Of a stretch of DNA of 64,000 nucleotides, positions 25,525-36,281 are shown one piece after another. The DNA lies in contig QPMI01000022.1 of NCBI GenBank assembly GCA_004431415.1, positions 372,001 through 436,000 of the forward strand. Reading direction: 5' to 3'. Position 1 is the first letter of the stretch; the number at the start of each line of letters is the position of its first letter. The position numbers were made by a program, and so were the translations under genes. The notes under the pieces are model-generated. The model was given only the letters and a program-made list of their open reading frames with translations, had not been told where the DNA came from and searched no databases. Source of the stretch: Cyanophora paradoxa CCMP329. Lineage: Eukaryota > Plantae > Glaucophyta.

Positions 25525-26188
25525 CATTTCGCTGCGTACCCAACACCTCCGGGTACACCGGACTCAGCCATCCCGGAGCCCGCGAGCGCTCCTGCAGCGA
25601 GCTCGGCGCGAGCGAGCCGCCAGTGACCTGGCGCCGCCCAGCCCATCCGCGCCGCCTCGCTCGGGCGTGCCAGTTGGCAACACCACCTGTTCCTCGCGGC
25701 GGGCTGCGAATAGGCACGCCCGAGGCTCGCATCCGCCTACGGTACGCACACAGACTGCGATCCCATCGCCGGCGCAGCGCCCGTGCACCGCCCGCGGCGC
25801 CGCACGGGCCATTTACGATGGCGTCAATACCGCAGGTGGCGTCCCGCTGCGGCTTCGGCACGCCCTCCGGCAAGCCTGACGGGAGCATTACGATCACCGG
25901 AGTCGCGGAAGGGCCCACGGCTGCGTGGCGAAAGCGCGCACCGTGGCACGCAAGCGCGTCTGCATCGGCCGCGCTTCCCCCTCTTCTTGAGCCCCGTGCG
26001 CCCCATCGAGTCCTTGCGCTCGTCCCCGCAGTTGCAGCTAGGCATATGGACACTCACGCGAGCTGCAGCTAGGCATATGGCTATAGCTAGGCAGTCTCTG
26101 GTCAAGGTAGTTCTTTCTCTGGAGCTGCTCGCATCTCGGCTAGCTGCAGTCTCTGGTCAAGGTAGTTCTTTCTCTGGATGTTCACGAG
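25525..26188 (-). repeat. Internal repeat A, copy 2 (inverted)
   Basis: Reverse complement matches 16207-16825 with scattered substitutions and indels. Confidence 0.92.
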
Positions 26189-26294
26189 TACAGAGTACAG
26201 AGATGATTGCACACCCTCAACCCCGGACGCGTGTTACGAAAGGACAAGAAAGCATTGCACTGAAGAAACATGCTAGGGTTTAGCATCTGGATTG

Positions 26295-29000
26295 TTAGTG
26301 TCTAAGACCCGCTGTTCTTGCTTTTTTGACTATGGCGAGGCCACCATTGCCGTTGCTTTCGACTATTGCTGACCACACCTGTATTCCTTCCTTGTTGAAG
26401 GCTTTTTTCTCTTTCCACATCCTGGTCGACATGTCGAGCTTGAGTGGAATCGTGTTGCGCCCGTTCTCCAGAACCCGCTTCAAATGACTGCATGCCTCTG
26501 CTTCTCCTCCAACTTGCACACGCCTGCTGGAATCTGGAAATGAACGTCCACAACGTTCTTCCTTCCGGCCTGGTCTACAACCCGAATTTCAGGCAGCGGG
26601 ATCTCATCGGTCTCGCTGCGATTTCGATCATTCACGTGTAAAAGAACACACAATTGAAGGAAGGGCTACACGCACGTGATTCGTCTTTTCTTCCTTCCTG
26701 TGCTCTTCTCCTTGGGGCCCTTGCTGCTGCCCCCGCCTTCGATCGCTTCGATTCTGAAGAAAGTTAGGATACAGACGGGAGTCTTTCGGTTCACACGTGC
26801 CATCATCGGCCTCGACGCCGTCAGGAGCCACATCCTCGTCCTCGTCCTCGTCCTCCTCTTCCCCCCCCCTCCTCCTCCTTCTGAAGATCCACAGGGGGGG
26901 TGGAGGTATAGCAGCAGGCGGGGCAGGAGCAGGGCAGGAGCGGGAAGGGCCCCGCCCTGCTCCAGCCAACGCTTTGTCCGCCATGGCATTGAGAAGGAGG
27001 GCCCGCTCCTCTGGAGTGCGGCGACGAGCCTCCTCTTCCTCCTCCTCCTCCTCATCTGCTGACCCGTGAGCTGCAGCCGGACCTGACGGAATTTAGTACG
27101 CGCAAGCACAAACGTGCCCTGGCTCGTCCGATGCATTCTCCTGCTCTCCAGCCCGGCAATTGCCTTCTGTGAGCCGTGATCAGGATGCGGGCAGGAGAGT
27201 GAAGGGAAGGACACAAACCACGCTGTCGATGTTGTGGGAGGTTTTGAGATTCTCCATAAAGAGAGCACGCAATTTAGTCTCGGATTTGAACTGTTGATTC
27301 ACCAGGAATACGATGAACGGTTTAGCTTCGGCCAGAGAAATCGGCTGTTTCTCAACCACGTGCTTGCTCATGAGACTCTCCATATCGTTCATCTTATCGT
27401 CAGGAAACACAACGTCCCCGGCTTCCCGCTTGCACATCTCGGCACACGAAAGCCTGCAGATACGAGTCAGCGGAGCGCAGACGGGGTTCACCATCAGAAT
27501 GCTCACAGATCTGCGGCGAGGGACAAGGAAGCCTTCGTCCTCTGCTGGCACATTTCGTGGCTTTCTCGGCGACGAACTTCGTCGCGCTCCCCAGCAAGAG
27601 CTTGGTTTTTTGGTTGCCAGGAAGAGTTTCCGCTGGCCCACGGTCTTCTGGATCCACTGCAAGTTGAGTTGGTCTGTGTGCTGCTCGATTTTGTTCAGCA
27701 GTGAACATGCCGCGCGCGCCTGTCTGCGCGGGCCGAACCTGCTGCGGGGTTCGCTTTGGCTTGGACGTGGCGCCGATGCCCCGCCCGCGCTGCCTGTGGT
27801 GCAGCTGCTCCGCCGACTTCGCCTGCTCCGCGAGCAGCTTCGGCACATCGCAGGGTTGGTGCTGATGAAGTAGTATAGATTTCCCTGCCGGATGTGCTTG
27901 TCGAATATCTGCGCGCATTCAGAAGCAGGCGAGCATCGACGGCGGCGAACTGCCGACCTGCTGGTTGGGCACCCAGTGGCCAGCGCCGCAGAGCACCACG
28001 TAGAGTTTGAGCAAGGGCCGTGCGAATCGGGAACGTCGAAGATCGCCGCCACTTCGCGATGAAAGCATCTAGTTTCGCCGGTGCCAGTGACACGGTGTTC
28101 TCGCCGTGCTTCGATATATCCTTCACGGCTGTTACGATGAGGTCGGGAGCTGCTCACCCGGCTGCTCAAACTGCGCGGCCGCGACAGCCGCCACGGGCGG
28201 CGCAGGAGCACCGGCGGCCGCAGCCGGGAGCATGGTAACGACGCGTACCCCTGGCTTGACGACGCCGTCAAACCCATGGACTCGCGCAACCCGGCACCTG
28301 CCGCGGCCGGCGTCTTTGAGTCCGGGCCGCTTCGCGGCAAGGAGTTCACTTTCCGGCGGCCTGCAGCAGCCCCCGAGCCGGCGTCCGCTGCGGGCGCCGC
28401 TCCTCCGAACGCGAGCTCATCGCCGACCTCCAGCGGCAGCTGGAGGCGCTCACGGTGGAGGTGCGCACGATAAAGACGGAAGTCGAGGAAGGTACGCGGC
28501 CGCCGTCGCCCGTGGCGCGTCCTCGTTTTGAACCGCCATCCGCGCCGAGCTAGGTCAGCGCCCTGCGCCCCCGCAGCCCGCCGCGCGCAAGCTCGGCGCA
28601 ACGCATCTCCTCCTCCACCGAACGAGAAGTACACCGGAGTCCGTCGACGGGCAAGATCCACAAGGTCTCCAAGGTCTCGGGCCAGAACCCGACGTGCCCG
28701 GCCCTCCGCGTGCGTACAGCTCGCGTGCCCCGGCTTTGAGGCACTCAGTAGCTAAAGGCGGTGCGCGCAGATGAAGGGAAGATCCTCTGGCCCGAGTTCA
28801 GCTCGGAGGAGGCGCTCCGGGCCTCGGACCCAAGTACAACAAGGAGGGCGCTCGCTGCCGCAACTGCTGGCGCTAGGCGCTAGCCGTGCGGGGTCGCTCC
28901 CTCCGCGGCGCTTCCTGTTCCGCGTGAAGCTCTGTGAACGTGTCGCTGAGTCGTGCTCTGAACACGAGATGTTGTTGTCAACTTGGAAGGGAACCTTGAA
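26295..29000 (-). CDS. Hypothetical cargo protein Y (multi-exon, frameshifted, unknown function; boundaries approximate)
   Basis: Protein-like segments ECAQIFDKHIRQGNLYYFISTNP, LLNKIEQHTDQLNLQWIQK, MESLMSKHVVEKQPISLAEAKPFIVFLV and HLKRVLENGRNTIPLKLDM...LRH*. Confidence 0.45.
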
Positions 29001-29282
29001 GGGATGCATGCATGGCCAGGCACGCAGAGAGGAGAGCGCAGGCACACATACGAAATCAATCCAGATTGCACACAAATACATACACAGCGATAAACAGCCG
29101 ACATAGATACATACACAGCGATAGACAGCACATTACTATAGATAGCAAACACATGGATACATATATAGAGTTGCGAGCCCAGCGGGAGAGCTCGGAATGG
29201 ACATGAAGGAAAATAAAATCCTACCAAGAGCACAGGCTATCTGCAGCTACTGCTGTGCAGAGCTAGCAGCTACTTCAGAGCA

Positions 29283-32200
29283 ACTACTGCTGCCCCTTCT
29301 CCTGCTGCGCCTTCTCCTTTGCGGCCTCCAGGTCGAGCCCGCCGCTGGCGAGGACGGCGTAGTTCATCGTGCGGGCACGCTTGCGCGAACCCTCCGCCGC
29401 CGGACGGGAGCTCGAGGCGGCCGGGGTGTCGAGAGGGAGGGGATCGGAAGAGGAGGAGCCGAGCTTGGGTCAGGGAGGGGCGGGGCCGCAGGGAGGGCCT
29501 GGGCTGCTGCCTCCTTCTCCGTCTTGGACCGCCGGCCCCGCTTCGGAGGCGCCGGCGTTTTCTCCACGTGTTCCACGTCCTCCACGGGCCCGTCCTCCTC
29601 CTCGCAGTGGCAGAAGTCCTTGGACCCCTGCCGGCACACGCCGAAGCAGGGCCCTGGTAGCACTTGTAGCCGAGCCAGTCGCAGACGAAGACGTGCTTGC
29701 TGGTCCTGCTGAACTTCTCCACAATTTCGTCGTGCTCCGGGTTGCCGATGCGCTTGTAGCCGCAAACACTGCAAGGATGGACGAGGAAAGCAGACTTCCC
29801 TGCTCCAGAAGCATGAGACAGGGGACGGCGAGGGCAGAAACGGGCGTACCGTTGCGGGCATCCTTCATCGCGTCCTCGAGCTTGTCCTCCGGGACGACGT
29901 ACGGCCGCAGCTCCAGGTTCACGAGCTCCCGATGGGCATCCTCGATGCGGAGCTGCTGCAAGAGTCAGGCAGTCCCTGCAAGGGTTGGGTTGGAGCCTGA
30001 GCTGTCACAGACCGAGAGCGGCGAGTCATGCCGTCCCGCAGCTTGAGGACGTCGGTGGGGCACATCTTGTGGAACATGGCGGCGTGGCACATTGCAATGC
30101 CGTTGACATACGACTGCAGGAGGGCGCCGCCCGACGTGGATTGACCAGCCGCTCCGGGTCCTTGCGGTTGAGGGAGTATTTCTGCTCAGCACCAGAGTGA
30201 GATTCGGTGGACAGAGGGGAACTAAGCAGGAAGGGCAGTCTGAGAACCTTTTCGGGCGTAGTCATCGTCCGCAGGATGGCATGCTGCGACCCCGCTCGAA
30301 GTACATCGATGTGAGCACCACACCGATGTAGTTGCAGTTCGCCTCGTAGGCCATCACCTCGGTGAGCTCTGCACGGGGCACATGCATCAGAGAAGGGCGC
30401 GGTGCATCGGGTGCCAGGAGAGCACAACGCACTGGACACTGGGAAGTTGTCAGGGGTGATTTCATTCACGGCGTCCTGGAAGTTGTTGGGCCGCCGGCCC
30501 GCGCCCTTCGGCGGCTTGTTGGGGACGAACATCTTGTACACTTCCAGGGCTCCTCAGCGTTCAGCTTCTTCGTCATGAACGCTGAGAATGCATCTGCAGA
30601 TAGAAGAGCAGGTGCTAAGGTTAGACTGAAGAGGGACCTTTACAGAAAGGAGCACAAGCCAAGAAAGGAGAAAGGAGCACAGACCAGCGAGCTGCGTGTA
30701 GGGGTGCGGATCAAGCATGCCTTCGATCTCGATTGTGATGGTCGTTGGATCCTTCCCGGACGTCCCGAGCTTGAAGACGACGTTGTACCGGGGCTCCTGG
30801 AAGTCGGCCACACCACGGCTCCGGCGGGCGGCCAATTCAGCCTTCTTGTTTACGAACTGCTCGAAAGCAAGCGGTCAGTGTGCTCTAGAGGCCAGAGAAG
30901 AGGAATCAAAGGCATGCACGCACGTCCCTGACAATCTTGGCGGTGGTTCGCCCATGAAGATGATGTGCTGGCCAGTCGGTTTGGCCAAGTGCTTGTTCAC
31001 GAAGAGGTTCCAGTCCTGCATGCTGACAGGGTCCTGCGGGTGTTCAAAAAGCATGCAGTGAGCACAGAGAAAGAAGGAAAAAAGGAAGAGGTGGGATGGG
31101 GAAGAAGAGGACGCAATGCATGCTGCTAGGCGGCTAACCTGCATGACCCACATCTTCTCGATGTTGTCCAGGGGACGACATGCATCTTCTTCGCGGGTTG
31201 CTCGGATCCACGATCTCGGTGATGACAGCCGTGGCAACAGTCAGCGTGTTCCCCACTCCGGCTGGTTCGCGCTGCGGTTCGTGATGTTCCGCGCCATCTC
31301 GAAGCCCTTCGGGTCGAAGTAGTTCACGAAAATCTCCTCGCTCAGGATGTGTACTGCGACGAAGACGCGCGATCAGGTTCGAAAGGAAGACCCGCGCAAT
31401 CACGGAAGCAACGAGCCGAGGATCGCGACGCACTCGGTGCGGAACTCTTCCCGAGGATCGCGAGCATGTCGTGGAGAGGCTTCCAGGCCGCGTCCGCGGC
31501 CGGGCGTAGGTCGCGAATGAGAAGGGCGTAGGCTTGACTGCCTCGATTCCCTTTCCGCTCTTCACCGCGGCACCCGCCGCAGCCATGACCTTCTCTTTCT
31601 GAGTGACCGCGGCCGCGGCGGCCTTGGCCTTCGCATTCGTCGTCACCTGGGCGCGAGGGCCACCTTGCCGAGGGGTCGAACCCCTCCGGCTGCGCGTATA
31701 GCGTGAGGAGGATCGCATGGCGACGCGAGGATGCGGGCGCACGATCGTGGGCCCGCCCGAGCCTGTGCGCGTGGCGCCAAAATTTGAATGTCAGTTGGGC
31801 GCCAAAATTTGAATCGACATGGCGGCGATTGCGAGCGCACCGCGCCCCGAGCTCGCGACCGCGTCCGCAAGGCCCTGACTGGAGCGGCCGCTAAACCGGA
31901 CCCCGAAGGTGGCCGCCCGTTGGGCGGGCTCGGCCGGCGCGGCGACCTCGGCTGGTCGTCTGCGCGCCGAGCGGTTAGCGCGGGCGGCGGTTAGCGTGAG
32001 CACGCGCACCCATTGCCGTGTAGTAGACGCCCTGCTTGCCCGTCTTCCAGCCCGAGGTGGAGCACAGGAGGCTGATGTCTTCGAGCTCCTCCGACGTGCC
32101 GTCGTGGCGCTTCTCGAGCACGAATTCCATGTTCTCGGCGTCCAGATTCTGAAACACAGTCGTCTTGAGCAGCCGCAGGACAACGTCAACGGGCGGCGTT

Positions 32201-32320
32201 GAGCATGTCCGGCTTGAAATGCACAGGCGGCGCATCCGGGCTGCCCTTCCTGTGGATCACGACACGTTCGATTTCTCCCGCGGGCACGGAGCCCGCCGCG
32301 GGTGCCGCCGGTGCCGCCAT
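29283..32320 (-). CDS. Hypothetical cargo protein Z with C-terminal CW-like zinc finger (multi-exon, frameshifted)
   Basis: ATG 32320 lies inside the right TIR. Exons include VMAYEANCNYIGVVLTSMYFE and CSVCGYKRIG...VFVCDWLGYKCYQGPC (CxxC..R...FxC...C spacing like zf-CW), followed by KRGRRSK. Confidence 0.5.
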
Positions 32321-32401
32321 GTTCAAAAATTTGCCGCCGAGTTTGAATTGACGTATACCGGGGGGGGGGGGTTGCACACGTTAGTCCCTGATACCTGGCT
32401 A
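32317..32401 (-). repeat. Right terminal inverted repeat
   Basis: Reverse complement reads TAGCCAGGTATCAGGGACTAACGTGTGCAA-poly(C)...TTCAAACTCGGCGGCAAATTTTTGAACATGG. The inner ATG (32320) starts the last cargo gene. Confidence 0.62.
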
Positions 32402-32588
32402 GGAGGCTAGTAGGAGACGGTTTTTGTTTTTAGAATTTGGAAGTTCTTTTTAAACGAATTTGAGTTGCAAAAAACACTTCAATTAAGATGGGGTATCGGT
32501 GTACCCCTCGTTTTGGGGCCAGGGCCCGAAGCAGGCGGCGCCGCGGCGCCGCCAGGGCGGCCAGGCGCGCCGCGCGCGGCCGCGGCTT

Positions 32589-34290
32589 ATGCTGGTAGGC
32601 GCAGTGGTAGCCTTCGCGGCTTCGCCGGCGCCTCGCCCGGTCGCTGCAACGACAACGCGTAGTCGCGTACCGTACGCTGACTCGGCGCGGCGCGGCGAGC
32701 ACTGGCAAGCCTTGAAGCGGTGGCAAGTTGCACTGGCAACTCGCGGCTTGACTCTGAGCCTAGAGCTAGCGCCAGTCGCCGCCAGATCATTCTCTGAGTC
32801 ACTGATTCGACGCCGAGGCTCGCTCTAGCCTCGTACTAGCTCGTCGAAGGCTCGGCGCGCACTCCGAGGCCGGCCGCGGGTTCGCAAGTTCTCGAGCTCC
32901 CGAGGACCTCATCGCGCCACAATGGTGTGGTGGAGGCCGCCGCCGCCGCCGCCGCCGCCCAAGACGACATTCTACACCTTCAAAGAAGACCACTGCAAGG
33001 AGAACACGAGAGTGGACGTCAAGGTCGTGAACAACGCTGCAGCGTCGAAATACCAAGTGGGCAACGACCTCTACTTGTGCGCCCCGAGCCCGCCTTTAAA
33101 TTTGCCCGGCCCGGGGCGCTTCAGAGCCTTCCCGCGCGCCCGCCCGCACTGACTCTTTGGGCACTCTCTTTCGAATCGCAGCGATAAGATCGTCGCGGAC
33201 TTCGGGGGCGACCCGTGCACGAAGTCGTCGGGCGTGAAATCGTGGGGTGAGGCTGAGGCTCGAGCCGCTGATCATGAGCCCGCGCACACGCGGCTCAACT
33301 CGTCCAACGGTCTGGCCATATGCATGGTCTCATAATCGCCGCCTTCAGGTGCCATCGGTGCGAACGGAGGCTGGAACTACGCATGCCAGACCTGGTACGC
33401 CCGTTCGAATTCGGGATTCCAGACCTGCCCGCGGCCGGCCCGCACCGCCGGGCCCCCACTCGAGCTCCGGGGACCTACATGCGCATGCAGCTGACCGTGG
33501 CGCCGGCAGCCCGGTCGACTGCACGAAGCTTCCGGGCGGATCATGCAAGTGCGACTGCGTGTACGAGCTGGGGGACGCTTTCGACGTGAGTCAATTTCTT
33601 ATGATCCGCTCCCATGTGTTATATTATCATCATGGCATAGTATACTATTTTTAAAATATAAGCTCGACGCTGACACGCGCGCCGGCCGCGCGGACGCCCG
33701 GTAGATATCAGGTATCAGCAAAATATCATCCCATAGGTTTCCTGATAGCTAGCTATAGGTTTCGTTCAAGTTCCTGGTCGTGCCCTTTGCGCTGCGGCAG
33801 ATCTGGTCCAGCCCTTGGCAGCGATCGAATTCGAGTTCGAAGCTGACACGGGCGCCCCCCGCAGACGCGCGGCTCGGACATACTCTACTTAGGCTCTGGC
33901 TACAAGCTCAACGAGTGCAACAGCGAGTGCCGCGAGGATGCTGAGATGGCCCGCAGAAGCGGCCGAGCCGCCGGCGTTCAGCGGCAGCCAGAGAGCCAGG
34001 CCAAAAAGGTGCCTCTGACTAATCTTCAGCGCACCTATCATGCCTTAATTCCTCGAACAATCCCTGTTCAAATTGTTTGTCGGTCAGGTCATGGACGCGC
34101 TCTTCAGAGTCTTCGGGCGCCTCGACGAGGACGACCTCCGCGTGACCGAGGAGGCGGAGGCGGAGGCGGGGGCGGGGGCGGGAGACGTGGATGACGACCT
34201 CGGGCTCTTGGAGGCGGAGCTCGAGGCCGCGGACGCCGCCGCGCAGCTGCAGCTCGCCGCGGGGGACGACTGCGGCTTCCCGGCCTTCTA
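32589..34290 (+). CDS. Hypothetical Cys-containing protein with acidic C-terminus (multi-exon; start uncertain)
   Basis: Exons TFYTFKEDHCKENTRVDVKVVNN..., DCTKLPGGSCKCDCVYELG, YKLNECNSECRE and VMDALFRVFGRL...CGFPAF*, separated by GT-AG introns. Confidence 0.45.
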
Positions 34291-34835
34291 GCTATAGGCT
34301 AGTCTCTATATTCGAATCCGAGCCAAAAGCTGGCCAGCTTCAGGTAGGGGGCCCCGCACCGGCCCCGCGGCCCTAGCTCCAGCAAGCCAAGTTGAGCTCA
34401 TTTTATTTGTGTAAGTGTATTTAATTTGTGAGGCCCGCGGTACGCGGGCTTTGATTTAGTGAGATTCGAGTCAGTGTGCATGAACCTGTTAGGTATACGT
34501 AGTTCAAGCTGATTCTGAGTGTAATTTGGACAAGATATCTAATGGTTGACGTCATGATCATGAGCGTGACCCGCGATCGGCGAGCGGGGGGAAAGAAGGG
34601 GAGGGGTGGGGGTGGAGGGGGAGTTAGGGTTGGGGCGAGAAACGAGATCCGGCTCTGAACGCTAGAGCGCTCCGCCTCCCCCCCCCCCCCCCCCCCCCCC
34701 CCCCGCCGCCGCCCACGCCCCATCGACAATCTCGAGCTCAAGCGACTTCGGCGATGCATTCGGACCGCGTGCGAAAGAGAGCCACAGAACGGTGAATCGT
34801 CTTTCTATCTGATTAGAGTGCACTGCCGAACTGCC

Positions 34836-36249
34836 TCAGAAGCCCCTCCTGCCGTTCTTCTCGTCCAGCTCGCTGCGCAGGAGGGAGGGAGCACTCGTGA
34901 ACAAGCGAGCGAGGGGCCGAGCACAGGGCTCCGCCCGCCCGCACGCCCGCGCCAAGCGGGGCGGACCGTAGGGCGGTGCGGTACACTGCGATCTGCTCCC
35001 GCAGCTTCTGCACCACTCTGTCGTTCTCGGCGGCCTCGTGCAGGCCCCGCCGCGCGGCGGCGGCGGCGGCCGAGGGCGCCGGCGCCGCGGCCGGCGCGGC
35101 CGGCGCCCAGTCGCCGGTCCGCGCCTTGGCTGAGGCCGAAGGAACGCCTTCGAGGCTGCTGGGACGACGACCCGCGCGGCGGGCCCGGGGCGGGCCGGGG
35201 CGGCCGCCGCCGCCGCGGCGGCGCCCCGCGTGGCTCGGAAGGCATTGGGGGACCGGGCGGCGCCGGAGGGCGGCGGCGGGGCCCGGCGGACGGCTGCGGG
35301 GCCGCGCGCGCCCGCGGCGCCTCCGCGGGGTGCCCCCGGGGCGAGAGGAGGCGCCGCGCCCCCCCGGGCCGAACGACGGCGTAGAAATCGTACTCGTCTT
35401 CTTCTTCCTCCTCCTCCTCTGCTGCCGCCGCCGCCGCCGCCCGGCCCTGCCCCTTCGAAGCCGGAGCCTTCGAGCCCGCCCGCTGCCGCCGCTGGCGCGC
35501 GGCGACCTCCTCCTCCTCCTCCTCTTCCTCCTCCTCGCTCCCGTCGCCCCTCTTGGACCCGCGGGCCGCCCGCCGGGGCGCGCGCTCGCGCTCTGGGGTG
35601 GAAGGCCCGCTGATGCTGCTGCTGCTGCTCTCCTGGCCGCCGCCGAGCAGCTGCTGCTGCGGCTCCCGGGCGCCCCGCCGCCTCCTCCCCGCCTGCACGG
35701 CCTTGTCCCGGAGGCCGTTCGCCTCCCGCCGCGGCCGGCGCTCCGCAACCTCCTCCTCCTCCCCCCCGGCGGTCTCCTCCGTCCGCTTGCCGCGCCTCCC
35801 CGCTTTCGTCTCGCTCCGGCTCCGGCCGCCGCGCCTTCTCTCCTCCTCGCCGACGCTTTCGCTGCGGCTCCGGCTCCGATGGCGGCTGTGCCCCCGGCTG
35901 CGGCTCCGGCTCCGGCTGCGGCTGCGGCTGCGGCTGCTTCCTTTGCGGGCCTTGGCAGCGATGCGGGTCTTGGAGGATGAGGACCCCTTGCCGCCGCCGC
36001 CGCCGCTGCCGCTGCGCCGGCTGCCGGCGCTGCGGCTCCGCGCCCGCGACCCCGATCCGCCGCCCGCCTTGGACTTCCCCCCGATCCCCCGATCGTCGGC
36101 GGCGACCGGCTCCTCGAAAGCCGACCCGGCGCCGGCCCCGGCCCCGGCCCCGGCGACGAGCTGGATGCCCGGATGATAAGGCCGAGGAGGCCCTCCGCCG
36201 GCGTCGCAGGCCGCGCCGCCGGCACCGCCGCCGCCGTCATCGGCCGCCG

Positions 36250-36281
<32 letters not shown>

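Larger units (their letters stand above)
13277..32401. mobile_element. Putative giant (~19.1 kb) DDE DNA transposon (IS3EU-like) with chromatin/ubiquitin-like cargo genes
   Basis: Imperfect TIRs at both ends; an IS3EU-like integrase near the left end; internal inverted repeats; composition visibly less GC-extreme than the flanking host genes. No clean TSD. Confidence 0.68.

Noticed and set aside
13277-32401. Polinton/Maverick, virophage or Helitron identity for the large element
   Set aside because: No protein-primed PolB, packaging ATPase, capsid or Rep-helicase motifs were recognised, and the integrase motifs are IS3EU-like rather than retroviral-type. The unknown genes Y and Z still need profile searches.
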